NCBI GenBank assembly: GCA_028865345.1
Contig: JAGWKL010000006.1
Coordinates: 2,724-66,723, forward strand
From: Candidatus Omnitrophota bacterium
GTDB lineage: Bacteria; Omnitrophota; Gorgyraeia; Zapsychrales; Fredricksoniimonadaceae
DNA: 64,000 bases
Reading direction: 5' to 3'
The position numbers were made by a program, and so were the translations under genes. Of the stretch, positions 27,396 to 35,446 are shown one piece after another; position 1 is the stretch's first letter, and each line of letters opens with the position of its first letter. Under the pieces are notes generated by a model that saw nothing but the letters and a program-made list of their open reading frames with translations, was not told the origin of the DNA and did no database searches.

Positions 27396-29018
27396 ATGAA
27401 AAACGAAGAAAAATCTTTTGAAATTGTCCTTGCGGCGCGCGGTCTTTGTAAAAGTTACCGCGATATCCCGAGCCGGGGGACCATTCAAGCGCTGGACCAT
27501 CTGGATTTGACCGTGCGCGAAGGGGAAATTTTAGGCATCCTGGGCCCCAATGGCGCCGGCAAGACCACATGTTTGAACATCCTGTCGACCTTGTTGTTGC
27601 CGGATGCGGGCCAAGTGGAGATTTTCGGGACAAAGGCCGTCCCTAAAAATTTCAATACCGTACGCCGCTGGATCAACATGTCGTCAGGATATCCCAATTA
27701 TGCCTTCAGCCTTTCCGTCGAGGAAAATCTTAAATTTTACGGCCGGCTGTACGGGCTGCGGGGCCGCAGGCTGCAGCATAAGGTGGGGGAGGTCATGGAC
27801 ATCTTTGAGCTGCGTCCTTATGCAAGCCGGCATTTTGATGCATTGTCCTCGGGCACCAAGCAGCGCTTGTCGCTGGCAAAGTCGCTTCTCAATGACCCCA
27901 AGATTTTATTTCTGGATGAACCCACCGTCGGCCTCGATCCTGATGTGTCTTTGAAAACCCGCGAAGCCGTCCTGAAAATTCTGCGGCAGAGGCGCATGAC
28001 GGTCCTTTTGACCAGCCACAACATGGACGAGGTGCAGAGCATGTGCGCCAGGGTCGCCTTTATCCAAAGGGGGCGCATCATCAAGCTGGCGGCCGTGGAT
28101 GAACTCAAGCGCATGCATCATACCGATGATCTGGAGGAAATTTTTATCCAATTGGCCCGTCAAACCCAGGCACCGTCCGTCCAGGAACAGAAAACATATA
28201 CGACCATGACGCTCCCGCCGCCGGGGGGCGGCGGATGGCGTTCCTGGGCCAACCGGGCCTATGCTTTTACCGTGCGCAGCGCCATTTTTGCCGTACGTAA
28301 TTTATTTGTGATGACGGACGTATTTTTTTGGCCGATGATTTCGCTTATCTCCATCGGGCTTATGGCGAAATTCATCCATTTAGGGCCCCAAACCCTGGGC
28401 TTTGTCATGACAGGGGCCCTGGCCGCGGGTATTTTGCAGATAGCGCAACTGGATGTGGGCTATACGATGCTTTATGAACTGTGGTCGAAGAGCTGCAAGC
28501 ACACCCTGCTGACACCCGTCGGTGTTTCCGAAGGGGTGGCGGGCACCTGGGTTATCGGCATGGTCCGCGGAAGCATCGCTTTTGTGTTGTTGAGCGGCGC
28601 GGCCTGGCGGGGTTTTGGCTTTCATCTGCCGGGCGCCGGTGTGACACTGTTGTTTTTATCCGGGCTTTTTTGCTGCGCCTTTATTTTAGGCATCATGGTC
28701 AATATCCTTATTTTGTCCTTCGGCCAGAAAGTGGAGATCACGGCCTGGATGTTCGCGCAATTATTTATGATCGTCTGCGGGATTTATTACCCGGTGGACA
28801 TTCTGCCCAAGGCTTTGCAGGCAATCAGTTATATGGTCCCCATGACGTACTTTCTGGAATTTTTCCGTCAGTTTTACGGTTTCAAAGCCCATACGGCCCA
28901 CGCGCTTGCGACCGGATTTGCGTTGACCCTTCTCTATATTATCCTCGCATTGCGTCTTTTGGACCATGCCTACACGAGGGCCCGTAAAAAGGGGATCATT
29001 ATCCGCCTGTCGGAATAA
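27396..29018 (+). CDS. ABC transporter, ATPase fused to ABC-2 type permease
   Basis: GPNGAGKT, LSSG, LFLDEPTVGLD, SH; then about 6 TMs with CGIYYPV..LP. Confidence 0.88.
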   Translation: MKNEEKSFEIVLAARGLCKSYRDIPSRGTIQALDHLDLTVREGEILGILGPNGAGKTTCLNILSTLLLPDAGQVEIFGTKAVPKNFNTVRRWINMSSGYPNYAFSLSVEENLKFYGRLYGLRGRRLQHKVGEVMDIFELRPYASRHFDALSSGTKQRLSLAKSLLNDPKILFLDEPTVGLDPDVSLKTREAVLKILRQRRMTVLLTSHNMDEVQSMCARVAFIQRGRIIKLAAVDELKRMHHTDDLEEIFIQLARQTQAPSVQEQKTYTTMTLPPPGGGGWRSWANRAYAFTVRSAIFAVRNLFVMTDVFFWPMISLISIGLMAKFIHLGPQTLGFVMTGALAAGILQIAQLDVGYTMLYELWSKSCKHTLLTPVGVSEGVAGTWVIGMVRGSIAFVLLSGAAWRGFGFHLPGAGVTLLFLSGLFCCAFILGIMVNILILSFGQKVEITAWMFAQLFMIVCGIYYPVDILPKALQAISYMVPMTYFLEFFRQFYGFKAHTAHALATGFALTLLYIILALRLLDHAYTRARKKGIIIRLSE

Positions 29019-29086
29019 ATTTTCCTTGTGGCGTACAGGCAACCCCTATAGAATAAGAGTGCAGCTTAAACCAACAGGAGTTCCTT

Positions 29087-29263
29087 ATGAGCCGTTTACC
29101 GGAATTGATTTTAATTTTGACCGTGATCATACTGCTGTTCGGCGCCCAGAAGCTTCCCGAGATCGGAGCGGCCCTGGGGCGTGCCATACGCGAATTTAAG
29201 AAGAATTTGCGCGAAACCGAGGAAGAAATCAAGAAGCCCATCGAAGAACCAAGCCAGAAGTGA
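29087..29263 (+). CDS. tatA: Twin-arginine translocase TatA (58 aa, absent from ORF track)
   Basis: AGGAG RBS; MSRLPELILILTVIILLFGAQKLPEIGAALGRAIREFKK. Confidence 0.93.
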   Translation: MSRLPELILILTVIILLFGAQKLPEIGAALGRAIREFKKNLRETEEEIKKPIEEPSQK

Positions 29264-29982
29264 TTTTCAATTCTTTTTTTCAATCGTTCTTCAAGCATGT
29301 GGAAGAATTGCGCTCGCGGACCATCAAATCCGCGGGCGCTTTTGCTCTGGCCTTCCTGTTGTGTTACAACTTTATAGGGAAGCTTTTGCCCGCGCTGATC
29401 GCGCCCGCCGGGCGTCTGGTTTTTACGGCGCCGGTGGAGGCGTTCTCGGCGTACATGACCATCGGTTGCGTCATGGCGCTCTTTGTTTCCTCGCCGTATA
29501 TTTTTTACCAGATCTGGGCCTTTGTGGGAGGGGCTTTAAAGCCATCCGAGAGAAGGTTCGTGGGTATCTTTGCGCCCTTGTCGCTGTTTTTCTTCCTTTT
29601 AGGGGGCGCTTTCGCGTATTGGGTGGCCGTCCCCCGGGCGTATCACTTCCTGATGAGTTTCGGGTCGGCCTACATGATACCGATGATCACGGTCAGGAAT
29701 TACCTGGGGTTTTTGGGACATATGTGCGTCGCCTTCGGGGTGGCTTTCGAGATGCCGCTCGTCTTGGGCTTTCTGGCCGCCATCGGCATCGCCTCGCCGG
29801 AATATCTGCGTCAGAAGAGGCGGCATGCCATCGTCATTATTTTGATACTCGCCGCTGTTCTGGCCCCGCCGGACATCGTGTCCATGCTGATACTGTCTCT
29901 GCCGTTGCTGGTTTTATATGAAGTGGGGATCGTCTTTGTGAGGTTTTTTTACAAGCAGCCGCTTGGGGCGGGACAAACATAA
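29260..29982 (+). CDS. tatC: Twin-arginine translocase TatC
   Basis: HVEELRSR, PYIFYQIWAFV..AL..E, FEMP, APPD..S. Confidence 0.93.
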   Translation: MIFNSFFQSFFKHVEELRSRTIKSAGAFALAFLLCYNFIGKLLPALIAPAGRLVFTAPVEAFSAYMTIGCVMALFVSSPYIFYQIWAFVGGALKPSERRFVGIFAPLSLFFFLLGGAFAYWVAVPRAYHFLMSFGSAYMIPMITVRNYLGFLGHMCVAFGVAFEMPLVLGFLAAIGIASPEYLRQKRRHAIVIILILAAVLAPPDIVSMLILSLPLLVLYEVGIVFVRFFYKQPLGAGQT

Positions 29983-30014
29983 AACCCTTTGAGTACCTTC
30001 ATCAAAGGGTTTTA
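29980..30014. terminator. Bidirectional intrinsic terminator
   Basis: TAAAACCCTTTGA / TCAAAGGGTTTTA perfect inverted repeat between convergent units. Confidence 0.8.
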
Positions 30015-30037
30015 TGAAAATGCATGAAAAAAAGCAG

Positions 30038-30082
30038 TTATTTCTTTTTAGCTGTTTTCTTTTTCTTTGCTTTGGTAGCCAT
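30038..30082 (-). CDS. 14-aa Lys-rich microprotein MATKAKKKKTAKKK
   Basis: AGAAAGGAG RBS 7 nt upstream of ATG; promoter TTGCAT-16-(TG-N)TAATAT at 30148-30121; downstream terminator. Confidence 0.65.
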   Translation of the reverse strand: MATKAKKKKTAKKK

Positions 30083-30183
30083 CAATGAGCTCCTTTCTTA
30101 AAGATTGATTTGTTATTAAAATATTAACACTAAATTTTTGTTATGCAAAAATTTTTTTGTTTTTTGTGCCTGATCCCCAAAAC

Positions 30184-31293
30184 ATGAAACCGCTTTCGTT
30201 GTACATCCATCTTCCGTTTTGCAGCCGTAAATGCCTGTTTTGTTCTTTCGTGATCGCCGTTGGCCAAGAACACCGACGGGAAGAATATGTCAGGGCCTTG
30301 GAGATGGAAATGGAACATCATGCCGCTTCCCCAGCCGGGGGGCGGGCCGCCCAAAAGCTTCACACCGTTTATTTGGGCGGAGGCACTCCCAGCCTGCTCG
30401 ACGAAAGGCATCTCGATGTTTTAATGAATGCCGTCAGAAAGAATTTTTCTTTGCAGGAGAATGCCGAGATCACCATAGAAGCAAACCCCGAGAGCGTGGA
30501 TATTGCCAAGGCCAAATTCCTGAAACGGCAGGGGTTCAACCGCATAAGCCTCGGGGTGCAGTCGCTGAATGACCGGTATTTAAAATTTTTGGGAAGGGGC
30601 CATGATGCCCCGGCGGCCGTCCGCGCGTATCACTGTTTGCGGGAAGCGGCTTTCGACAATATCAACATGGATTTGATGTACGCGTTTCCGGGGCAGGCAA
30701 GGGACGAGCTTCAACGGGACGTGAGGGCCTTGGCACATCTCAACAGCGAGCATTTGTCCCTCTACACCCTGACCATCGAACCCAACAGTAAATTTTATGC
30801 GTCCCAAATGAAATTAGACGACGATGAAAAGCTGGCGGACCATTATTTAATGATCGCGCGGATCCTGCAGGAGCATGGTTTTGCGCAATATGAAATAAGT
30901 AATTTCGCAAAGCCGGGGCGGGAATCGGCGCATAACAGGAATTATTGGACAGGGGCCCCGTACATCGGGCTGGGCGTCGGGGCCCATGCCTTTGACGGAC
31001 GCAGGCGCGCCTGGAACACCCCGCGCCTGCAGGACTATCTGCGCCGCATGTCCCAAGGGATGAGCGCGGTCGAAGGCCACGAAGATCTGACCGACGAACA
31101 GCTGGTCATGGAAAAAGTATTGTTCGGTTTGAGGATGAACGAGGGCATACGCTGGGACATGGTCCCTTTCCATAAACGCGGGCGGATCGAGGCGTGGATC
31201 AGGGACGGTTTTTTGTTGCGCGAAGGTGAACGCCTGCAGGCCACCGAACGCGGACGTCTGGTGCTGGATGAATTATCCGCCCGATTGATATAG
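30184..31293 (+). CDS. hemW: Radical SAM heme chaperone HemW (HemN-like)
   Basis: LYIHLPFCSRKCLFC, GGGTPS, EANP, YEISNFA, HNRNYW. Confidence 0.9.
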   Translation: MKPLSLYIHLPFCSRKCLFCSFVIAVGQEHRREEYVRALEMEMEHHAASPAGGRAAQKLHTVYLGGGTPSLLDERHLDVLMNAVRKNFSLQENAEITIEANPESVDIAKAKFLKRQGFNRISLGVQSLNDRYLKFLGRGHDAPAAVRAYHCLREAAFDNINMDLMYAFPGQARDELQRDVRALAHLNSEHLSLYTLTIEPNSKFYASQMKLDDDEKLADHYLMIARILQEHGFAQYEISNFAKPGRESAHNRNYWTGAPYIGLGVGAHAFDGRRRAWNTPRLQDYLRRMSQGMSAVEGHEDLTDEQLVMEKVLFGLRMNEGIRWDMVPFHKRGRIEAWIRDGFLLREGERLQATERGRLVLDELSARLI

Positions 31294-32448
31294 ACCGGAG
31301 ATTTTTTGCGACGGCTCAAAGAGTTTGGAGATGGAGCCTTCCAGAAGCGTGCTGTATTGCCGGTGCATGCTCAAAGCCTGAAGGATTTTGCGCGCCTCTG
31401 TCAGGCGCGTGTGGATGGCCGCCAGCGCATAGTCCAGGCTTCCGGCCTGAACGAAGATTTTTTTGACCGTTTCCAAATCGGCAAGGGTCTGTTTTTTTTG
31501 GGAGAAAATTCTTAAGAATTTTGTTTTGGCCCCGCCCTTCAATGCGCTGAAGGCGTGGGTGACCAAGAGCGTTTTCTTGCCCTCGGCCAGGTCGCTGAGG
31601 ATGGACTTGCCGATATTGTCTTCGGTCTCGAAGATGCCGATGATGTCATCCTGGATCTGGAACGCCTGGCCGATGAGAATGCCGAAGCGGGAGATCTTTT
31701 TGATCTCGGGGCGCTTGGCGCCGGCAAGGATCGCCCCGGTGACCATGGGGCAGTCAAAGGTGTAGCGCGCGGTCTTGAGCGTATAATTCAGGTAGACTTC
31801 TTTTTCATCGACGTCTTTGATGGGTTTGACCCCGCTGACCGTGTCGATGAACTCCCCCATGGCGGTGAAGGCCGCGGTCTGTATGAAATACTTCAGCGCC
31901 TGTTCTTTGCGCTCGGAAGGTTCGTCGATGGACAGAAACGCATCGATGGCCAGCGCGTAAACAATGTCTCCGGCGATGATGCCCAAGTCAATGCCCAGTT
32001 TTTCAGGGTCTTGTGTCGCCACCGTGTGGGCCAAAAGTCTGTGCAGGGTGGGTTTGCCGCGGCGCAGGTCCGAGCGGTCGATGATGTCGTCATGGATCAG
32101 CATGAAATTGTGCAGGAATTCCATGCAGGTGGAGGCGTTGTAAAGTTTGCGGGAGATTTTTCTGGAAGCCGGCGCATAGCCTTTGTAGGTCAAGATCAAA
32201 AGCAGGGGGCGCAGGCGTTTGCCTTTGCGCAGGGTGAACTCGCGGACGCTGTCAAAAAGCAAAGGCGAGACCAAATGCAACTTATAGTCTTTTTTGACCG
32301 TTCCCAGGAACTGGCTTAAGGAAAGATCGATATTGTTTCTTATTTGCTCAAACATTCCCTGCTGCCTGGCAGACAAGAGTTTGTGATTATTCGCCGGTGG
32401 CAATATTTTCTGTTTTTTTGACGTCATAGGCGGTTTCCGATTGCGCAT
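31273..32448 (-). CDS. Polyprenyl diphosphate synthase (GGPP synthase-like; start uncertain)
   Basis: GKRLRP, FMLIHDDIID..RRG, KTARY, AFQIQDD, DLAEGKKT. Confidence 0.9.
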   Translation of the reverse strand: MRNRKPPMTSKKQKILPPANNHKLLSARQQGMFEQIRNNIDLSLSQFLGTVKKDYKLHLVSPLLFDSVREFTLRKGKRLRPLLLILTYKGYAPASRKISRKLYNASTCMEFLHNFMLIHDDIIDRSDLRRGKPTLHRLLAHTVATQDPEKLGIDLGIIAGDIVYALAIDAFLSIDEPSERKEQALKYFIQTAAFTAMGEFIDTVSGVKPIKDVDEKEVYLNYTLKTARYTFDCPMVTGAILAGAKRPEIKKISRFGILIGQAFQIQDDIIGIFETEDNIGKSILSDLAEGKKTLLVTHAFSALKGGAKTKFLRIFSQKKQTLADLETVKKIFVQAGSLDYALAAIHTRLTEARKILQALSMHRQYSTLLEGSISKLFEPSQKISGLYQSGG

Positions 32449-32530
32449 AGTGTAACATAGCGCTTGATTTATCTCAAATATTCCTTAGAATGAATAAAAC
32501 CATTCACAATTTTAAAAGAAAGAGGATTTT

Positions 32531-33229
32531 ATGCGTCCTTATTTGCTTATAGCGGTCATGGCGGTATTTTTGCCGGCAAGCCTGGGCCTTGCGTCGACCA
32601 TCGATCTTTCCGACGGGAGCACCATCACGGGGGACATCGTCAAGCAGAGTAACAAGAGCGTTGAGGTCAATGTGGACGGCGTGACCATGACGTATTACGC
32701 GGATGAGATCAAGGACATCGACGGACAGCCTTTTGCGCCGCCGCAAACACAGCCTGCATCACCCGCAGAGCAGCCTGCCGTCGGCACAAATCCCGCCGTC
32801 TCTTCTCAGAGCGACCAAACCGTTTCCCAGGCGCAAGTGACCGCCCAGCCCGAAGAAACAAGTGCGCCGGCCGGCGGGGGCGTTGATCCTGAAAAACGGG
32901 CCCTGATTTTGAAGTTCATTGATGTCTTCGGGACCCGCCGGGCCTTGAACAATAACTTTGAAAGGATGCTGGCCCAGATCCAGAAGGAAAAACCCGAAGA
33001 AGCCCAAAAGATCCGGGACCGTGTCAAGATCGATGAGATCATCGATCGCCTGGTCCCGGTGTATGCCCGTAATTTTACCAGCGATGATTTGAAGGCTTTC
33101 ATTGCTTTTTACAGCTCTCCCGAAGGCCAAAAGTTAATACATACCATTCCCGAGTTAATGAAAGAAAGCGTCCAGCAAAGTATAGAATATATGCGGGAAA
33201 AGTTTCCGGAAGCCGCAGCCAAGCAATGA
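32531..33229 (+). CDS. Secreted protein: N-terminal beta module plus DUF2059-like C-terminus
   Basis: Signal peptide; TIDLSDGSTITGDI; VYARNFTSDDLKAFIAFYSSPEGQKL. Confidence 0.75.
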   Translation: MRPYLLIAVMAVFLPASLGLASTIDLSDGSTITGDIVKQSNKSVEVNVDGVTMTYYADEIKDIDGQPFAPPQTQPASPAEQPAVGTNPAVSSQSDQTVSQAQVTAQPEETSAPAGGGVDPEKRALILKFIDVFGTRRALNNNFERMLAQIQKEKPEEAQKIRDRVKIDEIIDRLVPVYARNFTSDDLKAFIAFYSSPEGQKLIHTIPELMKESVQQSIEYMREKFPEAAAKQ

Positions 33230-33288
33230 TAGTTTGTTTGTAAAGTTATTTATACCAACCATTTACGTCTTTTATATATTTTTTTAAG

Positions 33289-33317
33289 TTGACCGTATAA
33301 ACTTCTTCTGCTATATT
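33289..33317 (+). promoter_or_regulatory. Sigma70 promoter of the pur cluster
   Basis: TTGACC, 17 nt, TG-N-TATATT. Confidence 0.6.
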
Positions 33318-33396
33318 GGTTCCGCTTTGAAAGCTTCCCGAATCCCCAGGCTGATTATGAATTGTTAAATTCTCACCAACAGGTTAGGAGTGTGGC

Positions 33397-34692
33397 ATGA
33401 TCGATCGTTATTCTCTTTCCAAAATGAGCCGCATTTGGTCTGATGAGCATAAGATGGAAATTATGCTCAAGATCGAGGTATTGTGCTGTGAGGCCATGAC
33501 GAAGCTGGGCGCCATTCCCAAAGCCGCCATGGACAAGATCCGCAAGAACGCCAAATTTGATCTGGAAGAAGTGCGCCGCCTGGAAGAGCGCACCAAACAC
33601 GATGTGGTGGCCTTCATCCAAAGCGTCGGCCAAAGCCTGGGGCCTGAAGCGCAGTACCTGCACATGGGCATGACATCGTCCGATTTATTGGACACTTCCT
33701 TGTCGATGCAATGTGTCGAAGCCGGTGAAATATTGGCCAATGATGTCAAAAAACTTTTGGCGGCGCTCAAAGACAAGGCCAAAAAATATAAGGACGCCGT
33801 ATGCATCGCCCGCACCCATGGCGTGCATGCCGAGCCCACGACTTTCGGTTTGAAGATGGCCATCTGGTATGACGAGATGAACCGCAATTTGGAACGTCTT
33901 CAGGCCGCCACAGAAGGAATGCGTTACGGCAAATTGTCCGGGGCGGTGGGCACCTATGCCAACATCGACCCGTCGGTGGAAGAGTATGTCTGCCAGCAGT
34001 TGAATTTGAAACCCGCGAATGTCGCCACCCAGATCATCCAGCGCGATCCGCATGCGCATTTTATCATGACCATTGCCATCATCGGCTGTTCCCTGGAAAA
34101 ATTCGCGACCGAGATCCGCGCCCTTCAGAAAACCGAGCTTTTGGAAGTGGAAGAGCCGTTCTTCAAAGGCCAGATCGGTTCTTCCGCCATGCCGCACAAG
34201 CGCAACCCCGTGACCTGCGAGCGCATCTGCGGCCTGTCGCGTATTTTAAGGGCCAACGCCATCGTCGCCATGGAGAACATCAACCTGTGGCATGAGCGCG
34301 ACATCAGCCATTCGTCGGCGGAGCGCGTCATCCTGCCGGATTCGACCATTGCCCTTAACTACATGCTGAACAAGTTTATTCCCATCATCGAAGGGCTTTT
34401 GGTCTATCCCAAGAACATGATCGCCAACCTGGCCAAGACCCGCGGGCTTATTTATTCGCAGCGTATTCTTTTGGAATTGATGAAAAAAGGACTGACCCGC
34501 GACGCCGCGTACGACATGATCCAGGCCTGTGCCATGCAGGTCTGGCAGGAGAGTTCTGAATTCAAGGACGTGCTTTTCAGGGACCGCCGGGTGCGCAAAT
34601 ACCTGTCCCAGAACGAAATCAATGCCTGCTTTGACATCAAATACTACATCCGTCACCGGGACAAGATCTTTAAACAAGCCGGGATAAGATAA
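33397..34692 (+). CDS. purB: Adenylosuccinate lyase
   Basis: MIDRYS, HDVVAF, RTHGVHAEPTTFG, GSSAMPHKRNP, HERDISHSS. Confidence 0.97.
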   Translation: MIDRYSLSKMSRIWSDEHKMEIMLKIEVLCCEAMTKLGAIPKAAMDKIRKNAKFDLEEVRRLEERTKHDVVAFIQSVGQSLGPEAQYLHMGMTSSDLLDTSLSMQCVEAGEILANDVKKLLAALKDKAKKYKDAVCIARTHGVHAEPTTFGLKMAIWYDEMNRNLERLQAATEGMRYGKLSGAVGTYANIDPSVEEYVCQQLNLKPANVATQIIQRDPHAHFIMTIAIIGCSLEKFATEIRALQKTELLEVEEPFFKGQIGSSAMPHKRNPVTCERICGLSRILRANAIVAMENINLWHERDISHSSAERVILPDSTIALNYMLNKFIPIIEGLLVYPKNMIANLAKTRGLIYSQRILLELMKKGLTRDAAYDMIQACAMQVWQESSEFKDVLFRDRRVRKYLSQNEINACFDIKYYIRHRDKIFKQAGIR

Positions 34693-34704
34693 AGAAAGGG
34701 GCCT

Positions 34705-35412
34705 ATGCAAAAACTTGAAAAAATTTACGAGGGTAAAGCCAAGATTCTTTACACCACCGAAGACCCCTCTTTATTGATCCAGTATTTCAAGGACGATGCC
34801 ACGGCGTTCAATGCCCAGAAAAAAGGCACCATTGAACAAAAAGGCGTCATGAACAACCGGATCGCCGCCAGGATCTTTGAGCATTTGAAGGACAACGGCA
34901 TCGCAACTCATTTTGTGGAATGTCTCAACGACCGCGAAATGCTGGTCAAGCGTGTCGCCATCGTTCCCCTGGAGGTGATTGTCCGTAACCGCGCGGCGGG
35001 TTCCTTGTGCCGCCTGCTGGGGCTGGCCGAAGGCGCGACCCTCGCCTGTCCCACCCTGGAATTTTGCTACAAGGACGATGCCCTGGGCGATCCGCAGATC
35101 AATGAATACCATATCCGGGCCCTGCGTTATGCCACCGACGATGAAGTCAAGTACATCAAAGACATGGCTTTCCGGATCAATGATATATTGAAAAAGTTTT
35201 TCTTGGGGTTGAAGATCGAATTGATTGATTTTAAGCTGGAATTCGGCCGCGTGAATGATCGCATCATCCTGGCCGATGAAATTTCTCCTGACACCTGCCG
35301 GTTGTGGGAAGTCGGCACGGGCAACAAGCTTGACAAAGACCGTTTCCGCCGGGATTTAGGGAACATTGAAGGGGCCTATCAGGAAGTGCTGCGAAGAGTG
35401 TCCTCGCATTAA
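34705..35412 (+). CDS. purC: SAICAR synthetase
   Basis: YEGKAK, FKDDATAFN, DFKLEFG, ADEISPDTCRLW, DKDRFR. Confidence 0.97.
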   Translation: MQKLEKIYEGKAKILYTTEDPSLLIQYFKDDATAFNAQKKGTIEQKGVMNNRIAARIFEHLKDNGIATHFVECLNDREMLVKRVAIVPLEVIVRNRAAGSLCRLLGLAEGATLACPTLEFCYKDDALGDPQINEYHIRALRYATDDEVKYIKDMAFRINDILKKFFLGLKIELIDFKLEFGRVNDRIILADEISPDTCRLWEVGTGNKLDKDRFRRDLGNIEGAYQEVLRRVSSH

Positions 35413-35446
35413 AAAACCTGACGCATCCTTAAGGAAGAAGTGAATC

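Noticed and set aside
30184-31293. This radical SAM enzyme as the missing biotin synthase
   Set aside because: Motifs (LYIH.PFC, YEISN, HN..YW) fit HemW, not BioB
1360-35433. 13-bp intergenic match CTTAAGGATGCGT (1360-1372; reverse at 35421-35433; partial at 55207-55216)
   Set aside because: Short, non-palindromic and in unrelated contexts; compatible with chance
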